64,000 nt of DNA, from IMG/VR virus record IMGVR_UViG_3300032373_000001, one strand, 5' to 3'. The position numbers and the translations under genes are program-made. This stretch comes from a virus. Taxonomy: Duplodnaviria; Caudoviricetes. The first letter of the stretch is position 1; every line of letters starts with the position of its first letter. Below, piece by piece: positions 1 through 8,741 of the stretch. The notes under the pieces were generated by a model. The model was given only the letters and a program-made list of their open reading frames with translations. It was not told the DNA's origin and made no database searches.

Positions 1-693
1 GTCCTTGCCTCCGGAGTACCGAACGGGGCGGGCTCGGAGGCCTGCCTTCTCAAGTCGGGCAGGCACCCCTGGGATCCATTTACCTGGGTCACGGTCTGAG
101 GTGGCCTTGGACCGATCGTGGAAACCCGTGAGCTGCTTCTGGCCGGTCTCATCCATGTCGAACGCTACATGAACCATGGCGGTGCGCGCCAGGAACCTAC
201 GAAGGAAATGGAGCTGAAGCCGGCTCAACCTCGCGGTCCCACAAGCCAGAGCAACGTCCCCTTTCGGGAGGGCCTTGGAGATACACAGGTCGAAGGCCCC
301 CTCCACCAACCACACGGACCCACCCGCCCAGATCTTCTGGAGCACAGAGGGGGCCATTCCGATGAAAGTGGGGTTGTGCTCACTGCGAGGCAAGCGGTAG
401 TCTCGAACCTTCTTCTTCTCGTCGAAGGACCAAGTCCTGTACTCCACCCCCAAAACACGGCCGGAGGGGCTCCAATAAGGTAGGGTGAGCCACCCTGCCC
501 TCCAGTCACCCCGCTCCCCATGCTGGGTCCGATACTTGCCTTCTGGGGCGGGCTCCGCCGGGGCCTGCCACAGACCCACCTGCATCTCTTCCATCAGAGA
601 GTAGGGAAGACCACGCCCCAGGACGTAGCCCTCCAAAGCCTCAGAACGGTTTGCGGCGGCCCGGAGCAGGCCAGCCTTGAGCCAGTTTTCCAT
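1..693 (-). CDS. DnaG-like primase, Toprim catalytic core (3' end runs off the window)
   Basis: Not in the ORF track. My translation from ATG 693: MENWLKAG...GYVLGRGL...SGRVLGVEYR...VWLVEGAFD...CGTARLSRLQLHFL...VAFDMDETG...GGKD. Has the Toprim EGxFD and DxDxxG motifs. An in-frame TGA at 736-738 excludes an N-terminal Zn domain. Confidence 0.8.
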   Translation of the reverse strand, partial: MENWLKAGLLRAAANRSEALEGYVLGRGLPYSLMEEMQVGLWQAPAEPAPEGKYRTQHGERGDWRAGWLTLPYWSPSGRVLGVEYRTWSFDEKKKVRDYRLPRSEHNPTFIGMAPSVLQKIWAGGSVWLVEGAFDLCISKALPKGDVALACGTARLSRLQLHFLRRFLARTAMVHVAFDMDETGQKQLTGFHDRSKATSDRDPGKWIPGVPARLEKAGLRARPVRYSGGKD

Positions 694-813
694 CAGAACG
701 GATCGGAGACCAGGATGTAAGGGGTGAAGCCCGGGTCATCGCAGAGCACCCCAAGGGGCCGCGACGCAGGATAAATCGAAAGGGCAAACCAGAGAACCCG
801 TCGTCCAACCAGC

Positions 814-1407
814 TCACGTCTCGTCGGGCTTCTCATCGTCCGGCTCCGGGTCGGGTTCCACTGCCGAGGCCAGAATCACGATGCCTCGGGAGGGGTTGTG
901 GAATGCAGCGGCCTTTACCCCTCCCGCAAAGTCGACCGTAGTGCCCAGATACCCGCGATCCTCGGGCAACAGAACGGCCCAGGTTGCCGGGACCCAGGCT
1001 TCCTCTCTCGCCGATATGGAGAGAGGAATTCCCACCAAAGGGAATTCGGAGCCGTGGATCAAGTGCCGTTCTCCAGGCACCTCATAAGACTCCAAGAAGT
1101 CCAAGGCAGACTTCAAGCCCTCTTTGGTGGGCGGGAGCACATTGCCCCACTCCTGCTCCAGAGACTTCGCCCAGATCAACTGGAGGGCATCCCGGAAGAG
1201 GAACCCCAGGGGGATTTTGCGAGGGGCAGCGCGGATCTCAGGACCGGGCATCGCCCGGTCAACCCACAAGAAGTCCCGCGAAGAGGTCACCAGGTACGGA
1301 CCATCGAGCCCTGGTGAGATGGGGATCTTCAGGATAAGCGGGCGGCGCTTGTAGGAAGGGTAGGTGATCATCTCCGTCAGAACCATGACAGAAACCTCCG
1401 CCACCAA
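814..1407 (-). CDS. hypothetical protein
   Basis: 197-aa ORF collinear with the operon; start uncertain. Confidence 0.6.
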   Translation of the reverse strand: MVAEVSVMVLTEMITYPSYKRRPLILKIPISPGLDGPYLVTSSRDFLWVDRAMPGPEIRAAPRKIPLGFLFRDALQLIWAKSLEQEWGNVLPPTKEGLKSALDFLESYEVPGERHLIHGSEFPLVGIPLSISAREEAWVPATWAVLLPEDRGYLGTTVDFAGGVKAAAFHNPSRGIVILASAVEPDPEPDDEKPDET

Positions 1408-2150
1408 GAGGGGGGGTCTTGGTGGGCCGGAAGCTGGGCGGCACGGAAGTCTTCGAGTTCCCCTTGGAGGCGGGCGAGAGCTTCTGATTTGACCTGGGCA
1501 GCCCGGCGATGCTCCTCTGCGCGAGCATCAGCTTCGCGCAGAGCCTTCTCGGAAGCGGCCAGGGCTCGCTCTTGGCTGCGAATGATGCTGTCTTTTTGAT
1601 CGGCTTGCTGCTGGATTTCTGCAGCAGCGTCCAGGTCTGCCTGGAGTCTCTCCGCCTTGGCCTGCGCAGCCTTCAGGGTGACCGCTCCTTCCAGGTAGGC
1701 CCCTTGAAGGGTCTGACGGTCTTCTGGGGTATCCGCCCAAGCCGCCACACCCCACAACTTCAAGGCAGGCTCCGCCTGTAGCATGAGGTGGCCTCGCTGG
1801 TCGTCATCATCCCCATTCGCCAAGACCCACAAGAGGGAGGCGATATCGGGAAAACGAGCAGCGAGGTCTTGCGGAGGGCGCGTCTTCAGAAACTCCCGCA
1901 GGCTCTTGCGGATCTGAGGCTCGGTCGCGCGGGGAGTATAGTCCGGGCACTCCGGGGCACGGTCATCCAAGACCGGGTCGCACTTCTGGCAGTCCAAGGC
2001 GCAGACCCGGACTGCCCCCGTACCAAAGGTCACCTCTCGGTTATTGGTACAGCTGGGGCCGGTGCGGCGGGTGAGGTTGCGGACCTCCCGCTGGATGGCC
2101 CGGTGTACTGCCTGCTTCAACTTATGAGCAACCTGACCCTTGGACCTCAT
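1377..2150 (-). CDS. hypothetical protein (Cys-rich N-terminus, coiled coil, WWRRFLSWF tail)
   Basis: ATG 2150 sits just after the stop of the upstream gene; Ala/Glu/Gln heptad region. Confidence 0.6.
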   Translation of the reverse strand: MRSKGQVAHKLKQAVHRAIQREVRNLTRRTGPSCTNNREVTFGTGAVRVCALDCQKCDPVLDDRAPECPDYTPRATEPQIRKSLREFLKTRPPQDLAARFPDIASLLWVLANGDDDDQRGHLMLQAEPALKLWGVAAWADTPEDRQTLQGAYLEGAVTLKAAQAKAERLQADLDAAAEIQQQADQKDSIIRSQERALAASEKALREADARAEEHRRAAQVKSEALARLQGELEDFRAAQLPAHQDPPSWWRRFLSWF

Positions 2151-2154
2151 GGCG

Positions 2155-2811
2155 TCACTTCTTCCTCCGAAGGGGCTTGAACACCGCCGCACCCTTCTGG
2201 GCTTGGATGCGGTAGGCAGTGTCCGCCTCTTCTACAAGAGTAGGATTGTGTGTTACCGCGAGGATGTCCAAACCCAACCGATCGCTCAGCAGCGAAAGGA
2301 ACCGGGCAACGCGGGGGATGTACTGCTCGTTGATGGCCGCCAGGCTCTCGTCCAGCAGCAAGATAGGTCGCAAACCCCTCCGCGTCAGAACTACGATGCG
2401 CAGCAAGACTGACTGGACAGTCGCCACGGCCCCACCGTAGGACTCCGTCACAGACCCTACAACCTCGACACCATTCGCCTGCTTCTGGATGGTGTCGAAT
2501 TGGACGCTGACCTTGCCCCGGTGGACCCCCACCTCCGCGCGGACGCTGATGGTCTGGTCATCGAAAATCACCCCGAGCCCCTCGGTGAGGAGGGATTCGG
2601 CCGTCTTGGCGTTGCCGACGATCTCTTGGTCCAAGAGGTTTCGGAAAAGGTCAGCGACTTTCGCCAACACCTCACTCTCCTGCGTCAAGGACGCAACCAA
2701 TTCCTCGGTTGCGTCCCGGCGTCGGACCAAAGAGTCCCGGTGATGGACCGCTTCCAAGAGGCGGGCTTCGACCCCTTGGAAGCGGTCCGAAAGGTTGTTC
2801 AGTTCTTCCAC
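2155..2811 (-). CDS. SbcC/Rad50-like ATPase, C-terminal half
   Basis: Short coil, signature-like SYGGAV, Walker B ILLLDES, H-loop AVTHN; no Walker A. Confidence 0.8.
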   Translation of the reverse strand: MEELNNLSDRFQGVEARLLEAVHHRDSLVRRRDATEELVASLTQESEVLAKVADLFRNLLDQEIVGNAKTAESLLTEGLGVIFDDQTISVRAEVGVHRGKVSVQFDTIQKQANGVEVVGSVTESYGGAVATVQSVLLRIVVLTRRGLRPILLLDESLAAINEQYIPRVARFLSLLSDRLGLDILAVTHNPTLVEEADTAYRIQAQKGAAVFKPLRRKK

Positions 2812-3971
2812 AGGATGATCGCGGTGTAGCGGTTGTCGTCCGGGAACTTGTTGCCGAACAACTCCTCCCCATCCTCACCTTCGGGAGCGTTTACCCGGAA
2901 CTCCACGTACCCGCCGCGCGCCTTCTTGTAGACGCCGAGAGAAAGGGTGTCGAGGCCAAAGGTGCTGGCGACTCCCTCCAGGTAGCGAGTGCGGATGGTG
3001 AAGTCGGTCCAGTTATCCATGTCCCCCGCGAGGACCGACTTCTCCAGAGGGTACTCATCCAGCCCGCCCGCCTCGCAAGGCATGCTGGCGTAGACCTGAC
3101 CGGAGTTGTAGCTGAAGGTGACATCGCTGTGACCCTTGGGGGCACCTGCGAGGAGGACACTGAGCGCCACTGCGAACTCTTCGCGGTCCAGAGTGAGCTG
3201 GACCGGCGGGTTCTGGTCGCTGGGGATCTTCAAATCCGGGAATTCCAGCACAGGGCGGGAGACGCCGAAGTAGCTGCCGTCCGACTTCCAGAAGGTGGTG
3301 CTGCCCCCACCGCCCACCGACAGGTCGCGGTCGCTGTTCTTGATCGTGATGGAGTCCTTGCCTCCGAGGAAGCGGGAGACCGTGTTTACATCCGAGGAGG
3401 GGATGCGGATGTCGAGCCCGGTCAGCGGCAGGTCGATCTTGAGGATCGACCTGCGGTCGCTGGCCCAGAGAACACCAGCGCGGGACTCCACCTGAGCGAT
3501 CTCCGGCTTGGTGGTGTCCTCATCGCTCATGAAGAACTTGCAGAGCGCCAGCGCCCTGTTGAGGGCAGCGCCGTCGATGGTGCCCATCTCCTCCGCCGAC
3601 GCCATCAGGTTGTCGTTGGTGGGCCACTTGGTCGGGTCCAGGGAGCGGAGCCGGATGCGGGAGTGCGGCCCCTTGCACCTCACGTCACCATTGCCCTCGT
3701 ACTCCAAAGTCAGCAGACCCTCGCCGACCGCTGCGACCCACTTCTCCAAACGCCACGCCTCCACGGTGAAGGCATCCCCGTCCTCAGCGTTGTCCACCTT
3801 CGAGATGATAGGGGCCGAAGCGAAGGTCTGGCGCGAGAAGGAGTTGACCTTGAGAACGCCGCCCGAGAGCCGGAAGAGGTAGTGGGAAGAGAGGTCTGCA
3901 TCCTTGCCCACGGCAAAGCGTACAGTGCTGATCGCGGTCTCCAGGTCTTGCTGAGCCACCTGAATCTTCAT
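2799..3971 (-). CDS. DNA polymerase sliding clamp (beta/DnaN-like)
   Basis: 390 aa. MKIQVAQQDLETAISTV start, LDPTKWP, LWASDRRSI (ATDGxRL-like) and EFPDL follow the DnaN pattern; replisome context. Confidence 0.7.
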   Translation of the reverse strand: MKIQVAQQDLETAISTVRFAVGKDADLSSHYLFRLSGGVLKVNSFSRQTFASAPIISKVDNAEDGDAFTVEAWRLEKWVAAVGEGLLTLEYEGNGDVRCKGPHSRIRLRSLDPTKWPTNDNLMASAEEMGTIDGAALNRALALCKFFMSDEDTTKPEIAQVESRAGVLWASDRRSILKIDLPLTGLDIRIPSSDVNTVSRFLGGKDSITIKNSDRDLSVGGGGSTTFWKSDGSYFGVSRPVLEFPDLKIPSDQNPPVQLTLDREEFAVALSVLLAGAPKGHSDVTFSYNSGQVYASMPCEAGGLDEYPLEKSVLAGDMDNWTDFTIRTRYLEGVASTFGLDTLSLGVYKKARGGYVEFRVNAPEGEDGEELFGNKFPDDNRYTAIILWKN

Positions 3972-4237
3972 CGGATTTTCTCCGTGTAAGGCTTGAGATC
4001 AGCTTCCAGCTGATCCAAGTCGTTGTTGAACTTTTCGACCTCAGAGGCCAACGCCTCTTCGAGGGCCTTGACCTTGGCACCCAACTCGGAGGGCTCGATG
4101 CCCATGGCCCGAATCTCATCCTCAACCGCCGCCACGTTGCGGTCAGCTGCCTCTTTCTGGCCCTGGATGCGCTGGGCCAAGGAAGAGAGTTTATCGCGGC
4201 GCTTCAGCGCCTCTTCCAACTTGTTGTCGATGTCCAT
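3968..4237 (-). CDS. small coiled-coil protein, possibly an SbcC accessory piece
   Basis: 89 aa, two helices joined by MGIEPSEL; ATGA overlap with the clamp gene. Confidence 0.7.
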   Translation of the reverse strand: MDIDNKLEEALKRRDKLSSLAQRIQGQKEAADRNVAAVEDEIRAMGIEPSELGAKVKALEEALASEVEKFNNDLDQLEADLKPYTEKIR

Positions 4238-4246
4238 ACTGTGCCC

Positions 4247-5194
4247 CTACAGGGAAAAGTCTACGAAGCCGCCCTTAGAGCCCTCTGCCTCGGGGATCTC
4301 CGAAGGGCTGGGACCTCGGGAATTGCGCCGCTTCTGCCCCAGCCGCGCTTCACACGCCGACTGGAACTTACAGTACTTGCAGGTCTTGGGGCTCGGGGTC
4401 GGCTCGAACTTTCGCTTTCGCATGCCGTTGCGGGCCTCGTTCGCCCGGACGGCAAGGCCGTGGATGTCTTCAGGATCAAACTCCACCCAGTGAACTCCCT
4501 CTTCCTCAAGGTCTTCCCCCGACTCTGGGTCTTTGGTGAGCATGCCCGCAGGGAAGCGATGCCACACGAACCCCAATTTACCGGGGAGCTCTCGGTAGGT
4601 TCGCCAATAGGTCATGGCGTGCCAGCGCAGCTTGTCGGGATTGGCCCAACGCAGCTTGTACCGGGTGGAAGTGCCTTCAAGGATGATGGCGGGGGCCTTG
4701 TCAGAGCGAAGGAGGATGTCGGCGTAAGAGCCCACAGTCAGCCACTTGTTGAGCTGACCCAAGAGGTGAACCTTGCTGCGGCTTTTCGATGTCAGGAGCC
4801 GGTGCCTCTTCATGGTCCGAACGTATCCCGCCGCCCCTTCCCTGACGACATCGAAAAGCTCTTGCGGGGAGCTTTTCGACGCTCGGACCGCGTGGGCGTT
4901 CTCGGGCTTGCGGAGGGCCTGGCGCCACTCACGCAGCGCAACCTTCTCCATGTTGGCGGTCAGCCTCTTGGGGTCCCGCCACAACTCGTTGTTGTAGAGT
5001 TGTGTCGTACAAGCGCGGATGACCTCCCCGATCAGGAGGCTCTCTCGGGGGTAAGGAGGCTCCGGGCGAGGTTTGGGCTGTCCGTAGCCTCCCCCGCAAT
5101 CTACACCATCCCATCCATAGCCCCAGAGGAACATCTGCGGGCAGTGCTCGTAGGCTTCGAAGTGTTCGAAGTAGATTGCCGAATCTCGGTCCAT
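4247..5194 (-). CDS. PD-(D/E)XK (RecB/AddB/Cas4-like) nuclease-fold protein with four Cys
   Basis: YEHCPQ at N-terminus plus CKYCKFQSAC at C-terminus (1+3 Cys, Fe-S pattern); GSYADIL...IILEGTST core. Confidence 0.7.
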   Translation of the reverse strand: MDRDSAIYFEHFEAYEHCPQMFLWGYGWDGVDCGGGYGQPKPRPEPPYPRESLLIGEVIRACTTQLYNNELWRDPKRLTANMEKVALREWRQALRKPENAHAVRASKSSPQELFDVVREGAAGYVRTMKRHRLLTSKSRSKVHLLGQLNKWLTVGSYADILLRSDKAPAIILEGTSTRYKLRWANPDKLRWHAMTYWRTYRELPGKLGFVWHRFPAGMLTKDPESGEDLEEEGVHWVEFDPEDIHGLAVRANEARNGMRKRKFEPTPSPKTCKYCKFQSACEARLGQKRRNSRGPSPSEIPEAEGSKGGFVDFSL

Positions 5195-6162
5195 TATTCC
5201 CCTGCTTCTTCGTAGTACCGAAGGGCGCGCTCGCGGACATCAACCAGCGTCTCATCGAGCTCCCGAATCTTGTCCTCGGGAGTACCCTCGGTCTGCTTCA
5301 AACCCTCCCGCAAGGAGGCTACGAAGCCGTCCATATTTACCTGACGCTCGACCTGAAGGCGGCGGCGATCCACATCAAAGACCTCAGGAGCGGCTCGAAC
5401 GGCAAGGCGGTGGGTAAGGGTCTCGATACCCTGGGGGGTGAACCGAAGGGCAACACACGCAGGTTGACGCTGCACCTCGTCTTGACTCAAGGAACCTCGG
5501 GTGAGGCTCCCCACGTTAACGAAGTGCTTCCCTTCGATGACCTCGACCCCCTGGTCCTTGTGCCAATGACCAAAGCAAAAGACGTCCGGAGCAGCATCGA
5601 GAAGGTCGTTATAGCGGACGATATCCTCCCCCTCGAACATGTTCCCGCCATGCCTTGAGGCAAGAACATGGGCGCAGCACACGAGGTAGTCCTCGTCCCT
5701 CTTCTCGAGGCTGAAGAAGCGGTCCATGTCGTAACGGTTGCCGTGGAAGGGGATGCCCACCACCCGCACCTTGACCCCACCCTCTATGAACACCACCTCG
5801 TGCTCGTCGTAGAGCCGCTTGAATATACCAGTGGAGTAGAGAACCCCCAGCGGCTGTTGCCCCAGGAACTGATAGTTCCCATACACGCAGTCGTGGTTGC
5901 CCGGAACACAGTACACAGGGAAGGGGTACGCGGTGTGGTGATCCGCTACCATCCTCAGCGTCTCGTGGGTGTTCCGGCCTGGGCTCTTGATGTGGAAGAA
6001 GTCCCCGCCGTCCAAGATGGCCGAAGCACCCTCTCGGGCGGCAAAATCCCGGACTTGCCCCAGCTTGTCGAGGACCATAGCCCGCCAGTCATCAGTACGC
6101 GAGCTGGGACCGTGGTCCGCCATATGTACGTCTGTTCGCCATACCAGCGTAACCTTGGACAT
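5194..6162 (-). CDS. SbcD/Mre11-like metallophosphoesterase nuclease
   Basis: TDVH, GGDFFH, PGNHD, AHVL, GHWH motifs. Confidence 0.85.
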   Translation of the reverse strand: MSKVTLVWRTDVHMADHGPSSRTDDWRAMVLDKLGQVRDFAAREGASAILDGGDFFHIKSPGRNTHETLRMVADHHTAYPFPVYCVPGNHDCVYGNYQFLGQQPLGVLYSTGIFKRLYDEHEVVFIEGGVKVRVVGIPFHGNRYDMDRFFSLEKRDEDYLVCCAHVLASRHGGNMFEGEDIVRYNDLLDAAPDVFCFGHWHKDQGVEVIEGKHFVNVGSLTRGSLSQDEVQRQPACVALRFTPQGIETLTHRLAVRAAPEVFDVDRRRLQVERQVNMDGFVASLREGLKQTEGTPEDKIRELDETLVDVRERALRYYEEAGE

Positions 6163-7410
6163 TTAGGGGCTCCCGAACAGGTCTAAGGCATCAAGGTCCG
6201 TAGACCTCTCAGAAGGGCCTGCCTTATTACCGTGAAGACGGGCCATCGCCAGGGGGAGATAGTCAGGGTTGAGGTCAACCCCGACATAATCGCAACCCTC
6301 AGAAAGCGCCACCATCCCCGTCGTCGCAGACCCGCTAAACGGATCCAATACCACCGGGCGGGACACCGGGGCATCGCACTTACAGGGAGGAGCCCAACCT
6401 CCGGGACAGCGCTTCTGGCCCAAGGCATTTCCCCCCGAACCGGACCCCTCCCGGACCCGCGCTCCCCCGTCCCCCCGACCCGGATCGCCCCCCACCTTCG
6501 CAGCGGTGGGGCGGAGTGCGCGGGACTGCAAAGCCCTCCCCCAAGGCTTCCCGCAAGAAGAACAGACACCCTTGGAGGAAGCACCGAGCAGGATCAAGGG
6601 GCGGACCAGCTCTGCGGGCCAGGTGGCGAAATGCGCCCCCCTGTAAGGCTTCGGGTTCACTTGAAACCCGAGCGGGTGCCCGTCGTCCGATAGAAGGACG
6701 GGCGAGTCCGCGTTCAAGACCTCCAGGGAATACTCCCAAGAGTCAGAGTTCCTCCAATTCCGCTTCCTGCCGTAACGCTGGCGGACCTCGAAGGGGTCAT
6801 AGAAGTAACGCCCCCCCGAGTCAGGGTGAGCCAGGAGGAAGACGTACTCGGTGGCCGTCGTGGGTCGGTCCAAGACCGACTCAGGCATTGGATTCCGCTT
6901 CACCCACGGAGCGGCAGACCTCAGATACCAACCGTCCTGCTGTAAGGCGAAAGCCACCCTCCAAGGGGCACCGACCAGGTCCTTCGGCTTCAACCCTTCA
7001 GGGGTCGGGGGTCGGGCCGAGTTCCGCTGACCGTTAGACCCCCTGTTGGACTGCTGCTTGAACCCCACGCGAGTACCGTGCCCCTGCCGGCCCCCCGAAG
7101 CGTAGGAATCTCCCAAGTTCAGCCAGAGAACCCCGTCCGAGCGGAGAACGCGACGAACCTCTCGGAACACCCCCACTAAAGCCTGAACGTAACCCTCCAA
7201 AGAGTCTTCCAGACCAATCTGGTCTTCGGTCGCACCGTAATCCCGCAACCCCCAATAGGGAGGGCTCGTGCTTACGAGATGCACGCTGTTCTCGGGCAAT
7301 CCGCGGAGGGTGGCACGAGCGTCTTCCCCGTAGTAGAGTTCCGCCTTCCCGCCTTGGGGGGAATAGAATACGTCAGGACTCCTCAATGGACCGCCCCGCA
7401 GGTAGGACAC
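6163..7410 (-). CDS. DNA N4-cytosine/N6-adenine methyltransferase (beta class)
   Basis: TSPPYW precedes VLDPFSGSATTG; CSSC...CKC insertion; C-terminal ALDLFG. Confidence 0.9.
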   Translation of the reverse strand: MSYLRGGPLRSPDVFYSPQGGKAELYYGEDARATLRGLPENSVHLVSTSPPYWGLRDYGATEDQIGLEDSLEGYVQALVGVFREVRRVLRSDGVLWLNLGDSYASGGRQGHGTRVGFKQQSNRGSNGQRNSARPPTPEGLKPKDLVGAPWRVAFALQQDGWYLRSAAPWVKRNPMPESVLDRPTTATEYVFLLAHPDSGGRYFYDPFEVRQRYGRKRNWRNSDSWEYSLEVLNADSPVLLSDDGHPLGFQVNPKPYRGAHFATWPAELVRPLILLGASSKGVCSSCGKPWGRALQSRALRPTAAKVGGDPGRGDGGARVREGSGSGGNALGQKRCPGGWAPPCKCDAPVSRPVVLDPFSGSATTGMVALSEGCDYVGVDLNPDYLPLAMARLHGNKAGPSERSTDLDALDLFGSP

Positions 7411-8705
7411 TCACCGCGCTCCCCCAGCAGGGTGATGACTTCGGCCTTGACTTGAGCCAGCAGAAGGTCCAGGTGCTCCCTCTTGCTACCCAACTCCCGC
7501 TGACGTTCCAAGAGGGAGGAGCGGCGGTCGAGGGAAGCAGAGAGCTTCAAGATCCCCTTCTGGATGCGCTGCCCGCGGTCCCCCGAAGGCAGGGACACCG
7601 ACTTGACCGAGGGCAACGCGCCCTGCTTCCGCAACGCCTCTTGCCTCCGACCGCTCAAGAGGCTCATCTGGCTCAGGAGCCGTACCAACGCGGGCAGCTT
7701 CGAAGGCTCCGCTACAGGAGGAGGGCAACCGGCCAAAAGCTGTTGCTTTTGGGCAGAGGTCTCATAGCGGGAACCTACTGCTCGGAGAGTCTTCCGCGAA
7801 CGGGCCAACTTGACGACAGTCCCTGACTCAGGGACTGTCGTCCGGAAGCCCCGGAACCGAGCAGAGTCCTCCGATGCTCGAACCCAGCGGCGCTGGATCT
7901 GGTCGAGGCGGTGGATATCAGTCACGCGGGCCGGGGAGAGATGAGCATGCGACGGAACACGCCCCTCAAACGCGCCCCAGTACTGGGCTTGGACTCGGGC
8001 CTCCCCCAAGCGCGCTTGGAGCGCGCGGAGCTTCTGCAGCTCCTGCTGCCTGGAGGCAAGGAAACTCCGGCAGCCCCTTAAAGAGTCGGACGCTTTTTGG
8101 AGATCCCCCAGACCCTCGAAGTACTCCAGGTCTTTGCTGAGAGTCCGCAGGTCTTTGCTGCGGACTCTCAGTTCTCCGTCCGTGGAGCGACGGTCCCTCT
8201 CGGTTAGGCGAAGGGCCTTGTTCAGCCTCCCCACCCGCTCTACGTCGCTAAGAGCCTCCGCTACGATCGCCCCCGACTTGTTCACCAGAAAGTAGTCACC
8301 CTCCTTCTGGCGGGCGATCTGGGGCCAGAGCTGTTGATTCCCTGCGGGGATGGAATCCACCCCCAAGGCAAGGACCTCTTTGGGTGCTCCGTGGCCTACA
8401 GACTCCAGCTTCACCCCGTTGAGCCAGTACTGATTGAGGGTTCCGCCCTTCTTGTGGGGCTTGGCCCAACCCTTCTCCCACTTGATGTGGGTGCCGTCGT
8501 CCAACCAGAGGTCGACGGTCAGGTGGGCGGTCCCATTACGGACCAGCGGGCCGGCAGTAGGGTTGGTGAACACCCCCCGCACGGCCCGCATCAGCGCACT
8601 CTTCCCGATGTTATTTGGGCCAGTGATGACCGTCAAACCTGAGAGGGTGACTTCCGCATCTTTGATAGATTGGAAGTTACGCACCCGAACTCGAACCGGC
8701 ATCAA
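7383..8705 (-). CDS. SbcC/Rad50-like ATPase, N-terminal half ending at the zinc hook
   Basis: VRNFQSI, Walker A GPNNIGKS, Q-loop region, long coil, terminal ECPTCGAVH. Confidence 0.85.
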   Translation of the reverse strand: MMPVRVRVRNFQSIKDAEVTLSGLTVITGPNNIGKSALMRAVRGVFTNPTAGPLVRNGTAHLTVDLWLDDGTHIKWEKGWAKPHKKGGTLNQYWLNGVKLESVGHGAPKEVLALGVDSIPAGNQQLWPQIARQKEGDYFLVNKSGAIVAEALSDVERVGRLNKALRLTERDRRSTDGELRVRSKDLRTLSKDLEYFEGLGDLQKASDSLRGCRSFLASRQQELQKLRALQARLGEARVQAQYWGAFEGRVPSHAHLSPARVTDIHRLDQIQRRWVRASEDSARFRGFRTTVPESGTVVKLARSRKTLRAVGSRYETSAQKQQLLAGCPPPVAEPSKLPALVRLLSQMSLLSGRRQEALRKQGALPSVKSVSLPSGDRGQRIQKGILKLSASLDRRSSLLERQRELGSKREHLDLLLAQVKAEVITLLGERGECPTCGAVH

Positions 8706-8741
8706 CGGCTCCTACGACGAAGATTACAGCCCTACATTACC

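Noticed and set aside
118-720. Plus-strand ORFs 118..483 and 520..720
   Set aside because: Shadows of the minus-strand primase frame, which carries clear Toprim motifs.
4247-5194. Cas4-like protein as a sign of CRISPR-Cas
   Set aside because: No cas1/cas2 or array; the context is recombination and repair.
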